Source: Candidatus Limnocylindrales bacterium (GTDB lineage Bacteria; Moduliflexota; Moduliflexia; Moduliflexales; JAUQPW01). Taken from it: a stretch of DNA of 64,000 bases. Position numbers and translations under genes: made by a program. The DNA lies in NCBI GenBank assembly GCA_035559535.1, contig DATMBG010000040.1:62001-126000 (forward strand), written 5' to 3'. Shown one piece after another: positions 9,462 through 19,469 of this stretch; position 1 is the stretch's first letter, and each line of letters opens with the position of its first letter. The notes beneath the pieces were generated by a model. The model had not been told where the DNA came from, ran no database searches, and saw only the letters and a program-made list of their open reading frames with translations.

Positions 9462-11231
9462 ATGAAGATAAAAAGTTCTATCAAAACTTTATTAATTGGA
9501 ATTCTGGCCGTGGGGATTTCACTTCTACTCCCCTTGAGGGTAATTGCCGCCTCTGTTTCCACAGAAGATCTGTTAAATGCAGACAAAAATAAGTCTGAGT
9601 GGCTGATTTACGGACGTACCTATAGCAATCAGCGCTTTAGCCCCCTGACGCAAATCAATCCCGACAACGTTGCCAACCTTCGTCCAGTCTGGGCTTTTTC
9701 CGTGGGGAACCTGGACGGTCTGGAGGGAACGCCGATAGTTCACGATGGGGTGATCTATATCACGGCGGCTTATGCCCATGTATTTGCCTTGGATGCAAGG
9801 AATGGACGTATGCTCTGGCATTATGCTCCCAAGTATCCAGATGGCCTCGGAACGGTACTCTGCTGCGGTCCTATCAATCGAGGCGTTGCCATTAAAGGGG
9901 ATTTGATCTATGTGCTGACCCTGGATGCCCGTCTGGTTGCATTGGATAAGAATACCGGCTCAGTGGTTTGGGAGAGAACAATAGGGGATTGGCAGGAAGG
10001 GATTACGGCTACAGGTGCGCCGCTGGTAGTGAAGGATCATGTCATTGTCGGAATTGCCGGAGGCGAATACGGCGTACGGGGTTATATCCGATCCTATAAT
10101 GCAAAAACAGGAGATCTAGAGTGGAATACCTTCACCATTCCAGGTCCTGGCGAACCGGGTCATGAGACCTGGCCGGGCGATACCTGGATGCACGGGGGTG
10201 GAACGACCTGGCAGACCGGAAGCTACGATCCGGAGTTGAACCAGCTTTACTGGGGCACCGGCAATGGAGGACCCTGGAATTCCGACCTGCGCAAAGGGGA
10301 TAATCTATGGATCAGCTCTCTCCTCTCTCTGGACCCGGATACAGGAAAGATTAATTGGGGCTATCAATATACACCCAATGAAGGATGGGATTATGACGGA
10401 AACAATGCCCCAATCCTTGCAGATATTACCATTGACGGTAAACCGATAAAGGCCGCGATACAGTCCAACAGAAACGGCTTCTTGTATGTTCTCAATCGGG
10501 TCAACGGTGAATTTATCTACGCGGTTCCAACCGTCGAAGGCATCAACTGGGCCAAAGGTCTCGATCCCAAAACCGGTAGACCTATCGTGAATGAGGCGAT
10601 GCGACCGTTGTCCAACGGTAAAACGGTAGAACCCATTGTTCCAGGCCTGGAAGGCGGAACAAACTGGTTCCCTATGGCTTATAACCCGGATCTGGGGTAC
10701 GTATTCTTTGCCACCAATCAATGGGCTATGGGTTTAACCGCCCATCCGGCCTCTGAAGTGAAGTATGAGAAAGGGAAGGTATACATGGGGGTAGACTACC
10801 AGATGTATCGTCAGAGTCCGACCATAGGGCATCTCAAGGCGTTCGATGTGATAAAGAGGAAATTTGTCTGGGATATGCCCAGCCCCTTGTTCTTGTTTGC
10901 CGGTGTGCTTGCCACCAAAAGTGGATTGGTATTTACCGGAGATCAATTTGGATTTTTCATGGCTCTGGACGCCAGGTCAGGTAAAGTCTTGTGGAAATTT
11001 CAAACCGGATCAGGGATTAATGCTTCCCCCATCACCTATGAGTTAGACGGTAAACAATATGTGGCCATTCTCTCCGGTTTGGGCGGGGATCCTTCTTTTT
11101 ATATTCAAAGTCCCAAAGGGGGAATGCTTTGGGTTTTTGGGCTTGAAAATCTTCCTCCAGACGTTGCCGGCGGTGGTAACTGGCAACCTCAACCTGTAGA
11201 AAATGCATTGAAAGACTATCCCCCTAAATAG
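9462..11231 (+). CDS. PQQ-dependent alcohol dehydrogenase (methanol/ethanol family), probably lanthanide-dependent
   Basis: Signal peptide, vicinal Cys LCCGPINRG, GGEYG, TGNGGPWN, WDYDGNN, tryptophan-docking repeats. Confidence 0.9.
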   Translation: MKIKSSIKTLLIGILAVGISLLLPLRVIAASVSTEDLLNADKNKSEWLIYGRTYSNQRFSPLTQINPDNVANLRPVWAFSVGNLDGLEGTPIVHDGVIYITAAYAHVFALDARNGRMLWHYAPKYPDGLGTVLCCGPINRGVAIKGDLIYVLTLDARLVALDKNTGSVVWERTIGDWQEGITATGAPLVVKDHVIVGIAGGEYGVRGYIRSYNAKTGDLEWNTFTIPGPGEPGHETWPGDTWMHGGGTTWQTGSYDPELNQLYWGTGNGGPWNSDLRKGDNLWISSLLSLDPDTGKINWGYQYTPNEGWDYDGNNAPILADITIDGKPIKAAIQSNRNGFLYVLNRVNGEFIYAVPTVEGINWAKGLDPKTGRPIVNEAMRPLSNGKTVEPIVPGLEGGTNWFPMAYNPDLGYVFFATNQWAMGLTAHPASEVKYEKGKVYMGVDYQMYRQSPTIGHLKAFDVIKRKFVWDMPSPLFLFAGVLATKSGLVFTGDQFGFFMALDARSGKVLWKFQTGSGINASPITYELDGKQYVAILSGLGGDPSFYIQSPKGGMLWVFGLENLPPDVAGGGNWQPQPVENALKDYPPK

Positions 11232-11342
11232 GAACTGAGGTAAACGACCTACCCTTCAAAAAGAAGCCGATAAATGCTGTTAAAAATAGGGGATTGCAGG
11301 AAAGTTCCTCAGGCCATTTCTTAAGTACAGGACAATTTAAAA

Positions 11343-11789
11343 ATGAACGATCCAGGTAAGTACTTTCATGACCATCGAAGATTTGATAAACTACCCCGAT
11401 GGGTGACGGGAAGTCTAGACCTATTGTTTTTCCTGACTGTTCTCATCCTGTTTATCGTTCCGATGACTCTTGGGGTCCGAGCTGAATCCAATGAGGCTGC
11501 GCCCCAGGAGAAGAAAGGGCAGACGAATCCCTTTTCGGGGGATCCTAAAAGTATCCAGGAGGGAAAAGTTTTATACGGGAGTACCTGTGTAATCTGCCAT
11601 GGAAAAAAAGGGGGTCGAGGGCCGGACCTCACTTCTACCAGGCTCAGTAATGAAGCATTTATAGAGGTCGTGCTGAACGGACGTAAGGGGACCCAGATGC
11701 CCGCCTGGCGGGAAAAATTATCGGAAGAGGAGATCTGGAAAATCCTGGCCTACCTGGAAGACCTGAAAAAGTCAACGACGCCACGCTGA
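11343..11789 (+). CDS. Monoheme cytochrome c, likely electron acceptor of the PQQ dehydrogenase
   Basis: Hydrophobic leader, CVICH heme motif, GPDL, GTQMPAW axial Met. Confidence 0.85.
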   Translation: MNDPGKYFHDHRRFDKLPRWVTGSLDLLFFLTVLILFIVPMTLGVRAESNEAAPQEKKGQTNPFSGDPKSIQEGKVLYGSTCVICHGKKGGRGPDLTSTRLSNEAFIEVVLNGRKGTQMPAWREKLSEEEIWKILAYLEDLKKSTTPR

Positions 11790-12820
11790 TCAGTAACTGT
11801 AATCATTTAGTTATAGTTAGTAAGTGTCATGTTTTTCTGTCTGAACCCTCCCCATCTCCTCTCAAGGGAGAACTGAGGTAGGGTTGCTCCTACTGAAGTC
11901 TCCCCTCCAGGGAGCTTTTAAGGGTAAGTTTTTTCTAACCTATGTCAAGGGGGGATGATTGACCTACCACCCCAACGTAGGAAGGGAGCCCTTGGGAATG
12001 ATCTGGGTCTCCAATCTCCCCTTCTCTGAAAGGGAGTCGGAGAGGTTAAGGTTCAAAAAATCTACCCCTGAAAGCCTCCAAGGAGGATGAGGAGGCACAG
12101 ACACCAGAATACCAGTAAGCTCCATAAGGAGCGCCCCCTTCTGAACCTTCCCCCGCTTGGCAGGGGAAGGAACTTTGAAGCGAATGTAAAATGGGGGAGG
12201 AACCGGGGCGGGGGCATCTTAACCTGGCGCCCGGGAAGTGTCTGGACCCCACGCCCCGTCCTTGGCTGGATAGGTATAGGACCGGGATTAGAAGAGTTTA
12301 GTTTGCTTTAGCGGCCTTAGATTTAATAGATATAAGCCAACCTTTGCATTATATTTATGGTACAGATATCAGGTAACCTATCCACGGATAGGGATTAATG
12401 CCCCTTTGAATATTCTCGCTGTAGGACGGGTACAACATGCCGTGCGCCTGGCTTGGGGATTTCTTCCCTGGAAGTCCAGGCCTGGTAATACCTCGGGGTA
12501 GTCACAAATATCCTGAAAGCCCATGACTTCCGATGGGGTTTTTTGTTTTGAAGGGGAGGATATTTCTATCTTACAGGTTGAGTTTGGAACTAAGGGGTTT
12601 GTTCTCCACTCCAGAAAATCTTATCGCGACACTTTAAGAGATTTAAAAAAGATAAAGTTTGCAACGAAGGGATTTGTTTGCCACTTCAAACAACAGAGGT
12701 ATAAAGACGGAAACAAACCATAGCCGGCAGAAAATACTAAAAAGAAATTAGAACACAAACTGCTTACAGGCCATCTGTTTACTGCTTTTTACCTCTGTAG
12801 GAAGTGGGGGGAATGGGATT

Positions 12821-13774
12821 ATGAAATTAGAAGATATCCAAAGAGTCGCCGTTATCGGTGCCGGTACCATGGGCCATGGGATTGCTCAGGTATTTGCTTA
12901 CAATGGCTATCAGGTTCGTTTACACGATATAAAACAAGAGTTTGTAGATCGGGGTATGCGTCGAATCCAACTCAATTTAAAACTATTCATCGAAAAGGGT
13001 CTAACGACTCCAGAACGGATGGAATCAACCCTTTCCCGGATTCGACCCACCACGGATTTAGCTGAAGCTCTTCGAGACGCCGATTTTGTTATGGAGGTGG
13101 TACCCGAGGAAATGAGTTTGAAGAAGGACACGTTCAAGCAAATGGATACTTTGGCTCCGCCTCAAGCCATTCTGGCCAGTAATACCTCTACTTTCATGAT
13201 ATCTGAGCTGGCTTCGGTAACTCAACGTCCGGATAAGGTCATCGGAGCCCATTGGATGCAACCCCCCCATGTTTTACCCCTGGTAGAAATTATCCGAGGT
13301 GCAAAAACCTCTGAGGAAACCCTCTCTATCACAAAGGAGATCCTAACCCGAATGGGTAAAGTTCCTATTATCTGTAAGGAAGTTCCCGGCTTCATTGTCA
13401 ACCGGGTCCAGGGAGCTATGTTGAAAGAAGCCTGTAATTTGGTGGAGCAGGGAATTTGCAGTAAGGAAGACGTAGACAGGGCCTGGACCTATCATCTGGG
13501 ATTACGTTATGCCTTGTTTGGACCCTTTGAAGCTCTGGATAGTTTGGGGATAGACACCTGGTATAAGTGTTTCGTTTATATGTACGAAACTTTAAAAGAT
13601 CCCCGCTTTGAACCCCCCAAATTAATGAAAGAGAAGGTTGATGCTAACGAAGTAGGTCTTAAAACCGGTAAAGGCTTCTTCGATTATACAGGTCAGGATA
13701 TCGATGCCATTATCGATCAACGGAACGAACAAATCATCCAGTTACTTTTGTTCTTAAAAAGGGCCCAGCTTTAG
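12821..13774 (+). CDS. 3-hydroxyacyl-CoA dehydrogenase family protein
   Basis: VIGAGTMGHGIA, ASNTST, GAHW..PP...LVEI, PGFIVNR, G.KTGKGFFDY. Confidence 0.9.
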   Translation: MKLEDIQRVAVIGAGTMGHGIAQVFAYNGYQVRLHDIKQEFVDRGMRRIQLNLKLFIEKGLTTPERMESTLSRIRPTTDLAEALRDADFVMEVVPEEMSLKKDTFKQMDTLAPPQAILASNTSTFMISELASVTQRPDKVIGAHWMQPPHVLPLVEIIRGAKTSEETLSITKEILTRMGKVPIICKEVPGFIVNRVQGAMLKEACNLVEQGICSKEDVDRAWTYHLGLRYALFGPFEALDSLGIDTWYKCFVYMYETLKDPRFEPPKLMKEKVDANEVGLKTGKGFFDYTGQDIDAIIDQRNEQIIQLLLFLKRAQL

Positions 13775-13782
13775 AAGGACAC

Positions 13783-13873
13783 GGAAGTGTGGAAGTGTGG
13801 AAGTGTGGAAGTGTGGAAGTATGTATGGAAGTGTGAGAGGGTAAGTGCAAATCCTCCCACACTCCCACACTTC
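13783..13873. repeat. Tandem 8-mer (GGAAGTGT)n followed by related inverted copies (CTCCCACA), between convergent genes
   Basis: Four exact and two variant or offset copies at 13783-13834; near-complement CTCCCACACTCCCACACTTC at 13854-13873. Confidence 0.8.
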
Positions 13874-13876
13874 TAT

Positions 13877-14770
13877 TTAAGACTTTTTCTTTATTTCGGT
13901 CTTTGCAAAGTCTTCCAGAAGTTTGACCAGCGAACCGTTATCGTCTTCTCCTAAACCTCGAGTGGTCAGAGCCAGCATCATCTGTTGAACCAGGCTGGTA
14001 ATGGGAAGGGGAACACCTAAATCTTTGGCTGCCGATAAAGCATTATTCAGATCTTTAAGGTGGAGTTTTAATTTAAATCCCGGCTTAAAGTTTCGTTCCA
14101 TGATAGCCGGAATTCGAGATTCCATCATGTTACTACCGGCGAGGCCACCTCGAATGGCCTGAAATATTAAATTAGGGTCTACCCCGGCTTTAACTCCCAG
14201 GACAAAAGCTTCTCCGAGGGCTTCTAAATTGATGGCCGCAATAATCTGATTGGCCAGCTTGGTAAAACCGCCGGCTCCTATATTGCCAACCCGTACGACA
14301 CTCTTTCCCATGGCCTTAAATATGTCCAGGCATTTATCAAAAACTTCTTGATCACCTCCTACCATGATGGCCAGGGTTGCGTTAATAGCCCCCGTTTCAC
14401 CTCCACTGACCGGAGCGTCTAACATCTTAACCCCTTTTTTTGCGACCTCAGCGGCTATTCTTTGTGAAACAATGGGAGAGATGGAACTCATATCAATGAG
14501 GATGGTACCGGCCCTGGCACCCTCCAGAACCCCGTTTTCTCCCAAAATGACCTTCTCTACATCGGGTGAGTCCGGCAGCATGGTAATAACCACTTCAGCT
14601 TTTTGGGCAACCTCCTTGGGAGAATAGGCAGCCTCTGCGCCTTCCTTCATTAACTCTTCCACCGGTCCTCTGCTACGGTTATGAACAACGAGGGGAAATC
14701 CTGCCTTTATAAGATTCCGGGCCATGGGCTTTCCCATGATCCCTAAACCGATGAAACCAATTTTTTTCAT
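13877..14770 (-). CDS. garR: 2-hydroxy-3-oxopropionate (tartronate semialdehyde) reductase
   Basis: KIGFIGLGIMGKPMA, DAPVSGG, KLANQII, IRGGLAGS, FKPGF..LHLKDL. Confidence 0.85.
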   Translation of the reverse strand: MKKIGFIGLGIMGKPMARNLIKAGFPLVVHNRSRGPVEELMKEGAEAAYSPKEVAQKAEVVITMLPDSPDVEKVILGENGVLEGARAGTILIDMSSISPIVSQRIAAEVAKKGVKMLDAPVSGGETGAINATLAIMVGGDQEVFDKCLDIFKAMGKSVVRVGNIGAGGFTKLANQIIAAINLEALGEAFVLGVKAGVDPNLIFQAIRGGLAGSNMMESRIPAIMERNFKPGFKLKLHLKDLNNALSAAKDLGVPLPITSLVQQMMLALTTRGLGEDDNGSLVKLLEDFAKTEIKKKS

Positions 14771-14838
14771 ATCTATGAGACTGCAGGCTAGAGGCCGAAA
14801 GATAATAAGACAAGTCTCCGGTCTCTAGTCCCCGGCCT

Positions 14839-16257
14839 CTATTCAAAAATCTTCCCCGGATTCATGATATGATTCGGATCGAAGGTATCTCGGATGGCCA
14901 ACTGGATGGTATAACTGGCTCCCTGGAATTCCCAGGAACAGTATTTTCGTTTGGTAATGCCGATTCCATGTTCACCGGAGCAAGTTCCGTTCAATCGAAG
15001 GGTCAGCCGGAAGATTTCATCGATGGCCTCCTCACCCCGTTTAATCTCCTCGGGATCATTTTCCAGCATAATATTGACATGGATATTTCCATCTCCGGCA
15101 TGGCCATAGTTGACCACATGGACCTGATATTGTTCTGCTATTTTCTTTGTACCTTCCAGCATTTCCAGTAAGGCTCCTCTGGGAACGGCAATATCTTCGG
15201 CGATTTTAACCGGTTTATATCGCATAATAGCCGCATTGAGGGAGCGTCTGGCAAGCCACAGTTGATCCCGTCGTTCTTTGGTTTCCGCTATTTGAATACT
15301 GGCGGCACCGTTATTTTTACAAATATCCAGGATTCGGTTAAATTCGATTTCCGTGGAGATAGAATCCCCGTCCGTTTCGATAAGGAGGAGGGATTCGGCC
15401 TCTACAGGCAGTCCGGCATGCATGTAGGCTTCTACACAACGAATGGCCGCATTATCTATAAATTCCATGACGGCTGGTAAGATGCCGGAGTAAAAAACTC
15501 CAGTCAAGGTCCTGGCCATAGCGGTCAGATCATCAAACCCAACCAGCATGGTACGATAAACTTTAGGGAGGGGAATTAACTTAATATAAGCTTTGGTAAT
15601 AACGGCCAGAGTTCCTTCGCAACCGGTAATCAGACCGATCAAAGCAGAACTGGCATAATCCCGGGTCCCAAAGGGGCCTGTGTCCACAATCTCCCCATGG
15701 GGTAAGACTACCTCTAATCCTTGAACATAATCCCGGGTAACGCCATACTTTAAACAATGGGGACCTCCGGCGCATTCTGCAATATTACCCCCAACGGTTG
15801 AGACGCCCTTACTGGAAGGATCTGGAGGAAAGTATAACCCATATTTCGCCACCTCCTGATTCAGGTGATCGTTGATAACATGGGGTTGGATAATGGCCAG
15901 ACGGTTTCCTACATCTACTTTTAAGATGCGATTCATCCGTCGGGTGGAAAGGACGATTCCTCCGAAGATGGGTACAGATCCGCCGGTTCTTCCTGTGGAA
16001 GCGGCAAAGGGGGTAATGGGAATTTTATAATGATTGGCCAGCCTGACAATTTCAGAGATTTGTTGTGCAGAAGTAGGCTCTACCACTACCTCCGGCATCG
16101 CACTGTAATCTTGAGAATCATAGGAATGACAGACAAGGACTTCTGGAGCCGTATGAACCAGATCCGGACCGAGGATCCGCTGGAGTTCGGCTAAGACTTC
16201 GGGTTTCACAGGCTGATAAGCCGTTTTATCAAGGGTTGATTCGATAAACGCTTTCAC
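14839..16257 (-). CDS. glcD: FAD-linked oxidase, GlcD / D-2-hydroxyacid dehydrogenase family
   Basis: FPPDPSS..STVGGNIAECAGG, LKYGVTRDYV, GCEGTLAVIT, GHAGDGNIH, SGEHGIG, NPGKIF. Confidence 0.8.
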   Translation of the reverse strand: MKAFIESTLDKTAYQPVKPEVLAELQRILGPDLVHTAPEVLVCHSYDSQDYSAMPEVVVEPTSAQQISEIVRLANHYKIPITPFAASTGRTGGSVPIFGGIVLSTRRMNRILKVDVGNRLAIIQPHVINDHLNQEVAKYGLYFPPDPSSKGVSTVGGNIAECAGGPHCLKYGVTRDYVQGLEVVLPHGEIVDTGPFGTRDYASSALIGLITGCEGTLAVITKAYIKLIPLPKVYRTMLVGFDDLTAMARTLTGVFYSGILPAVMEFIDNAAIRCVEAYMHAGLPVEAESLLLIETDGDSISTEIEFNRILDICKNNGAASIQIAETKERRDQLWLARRSLNAAIMRYKPVKIAEDIAVPRGALLEMLEGTKKIAEQYQVHVVNYGHAGDGNIHVNIMLENDPEEIKRGEEAIDEIFRLTLRLNGTCSGEHGIGITKRKYCSWEFQGASYTIQLAIRDTFDPNHIMNPGKIFE

Positions 16258-16323
16258 GGGCCATGAACAATCAACAATGAACCCTGTACCCTAGAGGATA
16301 GATACCCGCTCATTGCAAATTGT

Positions 16324-17313
16324 TCACTGTTCCTTGCTAATCTGTTGGGCAATATTTATGAGATTTTCTTTTTCTTCGGTAAAAACACAAAGTTGACTTA
16401 TTTCCAGTCCGGCCCAGGCTTCGGTCAAAGTACGTTTGGCGTTGGCAATCACCATCTCGGAAGTAACCCCGGCATGGGGCTTGATCTCAAAACCTACGAA
16501 CCGTCGTACTTTCCCCCTTAAGAAACCAATCTCAAAAAGGGTCTTGAGATAGTTTCTCAACTCCTCTACATCGTTGACACCACCGGGAACGCCGAACAGG
16601 GGATGTTGATCGCCATACAAAGGACTGGATTTGTCCAGAACACAATTCCCCATGTGCATGGCTACCAGATAATCTTTAATAACGGGAAGTACCTTGGCCG
16701 GATCTTCCCCTAACAGGGGAAGGTGGCTGAGGTCATGAATCAACCCAAAATCGGGATAATCCTGTCGTATAGCCTCGGCGAGCTTTTTGGCTTCATCAAC
16801 CGGCCCGATGAGGGATTTTTTCTCAATTTCACGGTCGAAAATTTTGAGGGCAACAGGAATTCCGGCTTTTTCTCGGGCATAGTAACAGATTTGCTTAATG
16901 GAATCGATTAAGAGCTCCATGGCTTTCTCCCGTTTGTTCGGACCCGGGTCGTAACCACTCAAAATGGATAAGCTACTCGCATTGAGATCAACGGCATGGT
17001 CTATACATTCCTTAACTATCTGGATGGCTCTTTTTCTGGCTTCTGGATCTTCTGCATTCAAATCTCCTTTGAGGGGAAGGAGAACAGATTGAGCTGCAAA
17101 ATTGACTTGAAGGCGACTGTATTTCAAAAGGACTCCGACTTCCTTTCGAACCTTTTCATCCTTAGCACCTACAATATCAATGGCCCCAAAGAATTCATCT
17201 TCTGCAATTCGCCGGATGGTTTCAAAAACAGGACCTTCCTGTCGAAGGGTCTCGGGAAACGCCATAGGATGAACAATCCCAACCTTCATGTACATGTCCC
17301 AGGGTGTTTTCAT
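16324..17313 (-). CDS. Sugar phosphate isomerase/epimerase, TIM-barrel family
   Basis: DLSHLPL, HMGNC, GDQHP.FG, GFEIKP; likely start ATG 17313 after AAGGAG. Confidence 0.75.
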   Translation of the reverse strand: MKTPWDMYMKVGIVHPMAFPETLRQEGPVFETIRRIAEDEFFGAIDIVGAKDEKVRKEVGVLLKYSRLQVNFAAQSVLLPLKGDLNAEDPEARKRAIQIVKECIDHAVDLNASSLSILSGYDPGPNKREKAMELLIDSIKQICYYAREKAGIPVALKIFDREIEKKSLIGPVDEAKKLAEAIRQDYPDFGLIHDLSHLPLLGEDPAKVLPVIKDYLVAMHMGNCVLDKSSPLYGDQHPLFGVPGGVNDVEELRNYLKTLFEIGFLRGKVRRFVGFEIKPHAGVTSEMVIANAKRTLTEAWAGLEISQLCVFTEEKENLINIAQQISKEQ

Positions 17314-17627
17314 GTGAGAATCTCCTTTCAAAATCTTATGAAAAGAATAAAAAGTGTTCAGACAAGATTCATTTTAAGTTTTAAGGACAGATCCGTCAAG
17401 GAAATTAGGAGGGTGAAGTATCTGTTAAGGAAAGTGGCCTTTCTTTCCAGGCAAGCTTTTATTAAAACAAAAAACAGAGAACCAGAAATCTAAAATCGGT
17501 TTGGATTCGTATTACTCTTACGAGATGAAAAGGAATGAGATTTCATTTTAAAATTCTTATCTGTTGGCCCGGGGTCTAAAGGGTATAAAGACACCGGACT
17601 AACCTTACAGATACAAGGAGCGTAGCC

Positions 17628-18149
17628 ATGAAACGACTGAGATTTTTGGGAATGTTTCTGATAATGGGATTGGTCTTTACCTTATTAAGCTGCACGAAAA
17701 AAGAGATGAAGGATCAGGGGACGATGACACAAAAGCCGGCTGCGGAAACCCAAAAGCCCATGGGTAATCAGCAAATGGCGCAGAAGTCCCTTTACGAGCG
17801 TCTAGGTGGAGAGCCCGCTATTACGGCAGTGGTGGATCAATTTATTGCCAATGTCCTTGCAGATGAGCGGATCAATAAGAGATTTGCAAGAACCACCGGT
17901 GAACGGGCTCAAAGATTTAGAACCAACCTTATTAATCAAATCGGGGAGGCAACTGGTGGTCCCCAGAAATACACCGGTCTAAGTATGAAAGCGGCCCACG
18001 CCGGAATGGGAATTACCACTGCTGAATTTAATGCTTTGGTTGAAGACCTGGTCGCAGCCCTGAATAAATTCAACGTGCCTGAAAAAGAAAAAAGCGAGCT
18101 ACTGGCCATTCTGGGTCCTATGCAAAAAGATATCGTGGAGGCGCCCTAG
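17628..18149 (+). CDS. Group I truncated haemoglobin with lipoprotein signal peptide
   Basis: [21 protein letters not shown] (proximal His), EFNAL; N-terminal MKRLR-hydrophobic-LLSC. Confidence 0.85.
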   Translation: MKRLRFLGMFLIMGLVFTLLSCTKKEMKDQGTMTQKPAAETQKPMGNQQMAQKSLYERLGGEPAITAVVDQFIANVLADERINKRFARTTGERAQRFRTNLINQIGEATGGPQKYTGLSMKAAHAGMGITTAEFNALVEDLVAALNKFNVPEKEKSELLAILGPMQKDIVEAP

Positions 18150-19314
18150 ATACTTTTCCACTGCCCTCCTTCGTCAAACGAGACGTTTTACCTACTTTAA
18201 GATTTTCGAATTTAACCTGCCTGCTGGTAGGCAACATGGTTTATTAATACAATTTTTAATTTTATTTGACATCTTTATTAAATATTTCCTACTATCTCTG
18301 GACGTAGAGACGCAGCCCTACCCCTTCCCTCCCCGCATGCGGGAAGGGAGAGAGGGGGGGGGGACTGCATCTTTATGCTGAAATAAGACTGAGTAATCGT
18401 AAGCAGAGTAGGATACGGTACCTTCTATTTCGTTCGCAGGCATGCCACTCTTCTTAGGATTTCGTCTGAAAAAATAACCTGCAGGTTAGTCTCAGTTATC
18501 CTGAGAAGGGAGGACTCTCACGCTTCCGGGAGGTAAAGGGAGAGTGGGAACCCAGGCCACCTGCAAGCTCCTTCCTGACGCGGAGCTAATCATTACCCAT
18601 ATTTTTCATTTCGAGGATTAAGAGAGGGTTCAAGGAGTCCCCGGGTTGAGTAGCAAAATGGATTAAACCCCCTTTAGGCGGGCAAGATCCTTCTTTTTGT
18701 AAAACGAGTCATTAATCCTCAAAGTCTATCCTGCCCCATGGAAGAGGCTTGGATACGAGCTTCCGTTTCACTTCCAATTTACTTGATCCCCAAGCCTGGT
18801 TAAGCAGTTTTGAGTCCCCTTCTCCGAAATCGAAAAATGCAGGTAAAGAGAAGAAAGCTTCGAGAGAGGGGAGAGGAAAGTACCATCGCGCTTCCAACTA
18901 AGCCTTATCCCGACGTGTCCACAGCATGGGAGAGGGGAAAGGGGTGGAGGCCGATAAATAATTTGCACAATTTGTTCCAACCGGCCAGACCCTCTGCACT
19001 ATCAAATGAGGACGTTTGATCTACTCTTTCCTATGAGTTGCTGTGTGAAGGACTGGGGAATGCCTGGGAGGATACCTTCAACGGGAGATGACAAGGGTAA
19101 CCTGTAACGCTCTCGAGGAATTCAAAATTCCGTCAAGTTTCTGTAGGAAGATTTATAAATTTGCTAAGGACCTGTGTTATCAGGCAATTACGATGGATTA
19201 CCTGGAAGAAGCATCCAGGATCTGCCCTGAGTAAGACAAAGGGTTGCCGTACCTGACCTTAAGTCAACAGGTTAACCGATCCCTTAAATCCCAGAGAATT
19301 CCCGGTTTGGGAGG

Positions 19315-19343
19315 TTGACAGGGGGAGAATTAAAAGCTATATT
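19315..19343 (+). promoter_or_regulatory. Putative sigma70 promoter of mtaB
   Basis: TTGACA-17bp-TATATT. Confidence 0.55.
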
Positions 19344-19469
19344 TCGCATAGGATTCAATGATCATTGGCGATTATTATTTGGGAACGAGAAAGTGTAAAA
19401 CGTAATGCCGGGTAAAACAACCAGGTAAACCTTATTCCATTTGTTCATTACGTTTTACGTTTTAAACCT

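Noticed and set aside
12581-12691. CRISPR array
   Set aside because: Only two copies with 7 mismatches and no cas genes; kept only as a low-interest repeat
18865-19100. GAGGAAAGTACC resembling the RNase P RNA motif GAGGAAAGTCC
   Set aside because: Motif imperfect and no 3' ACAGAACCCGGCTTA-type counterpart downstream
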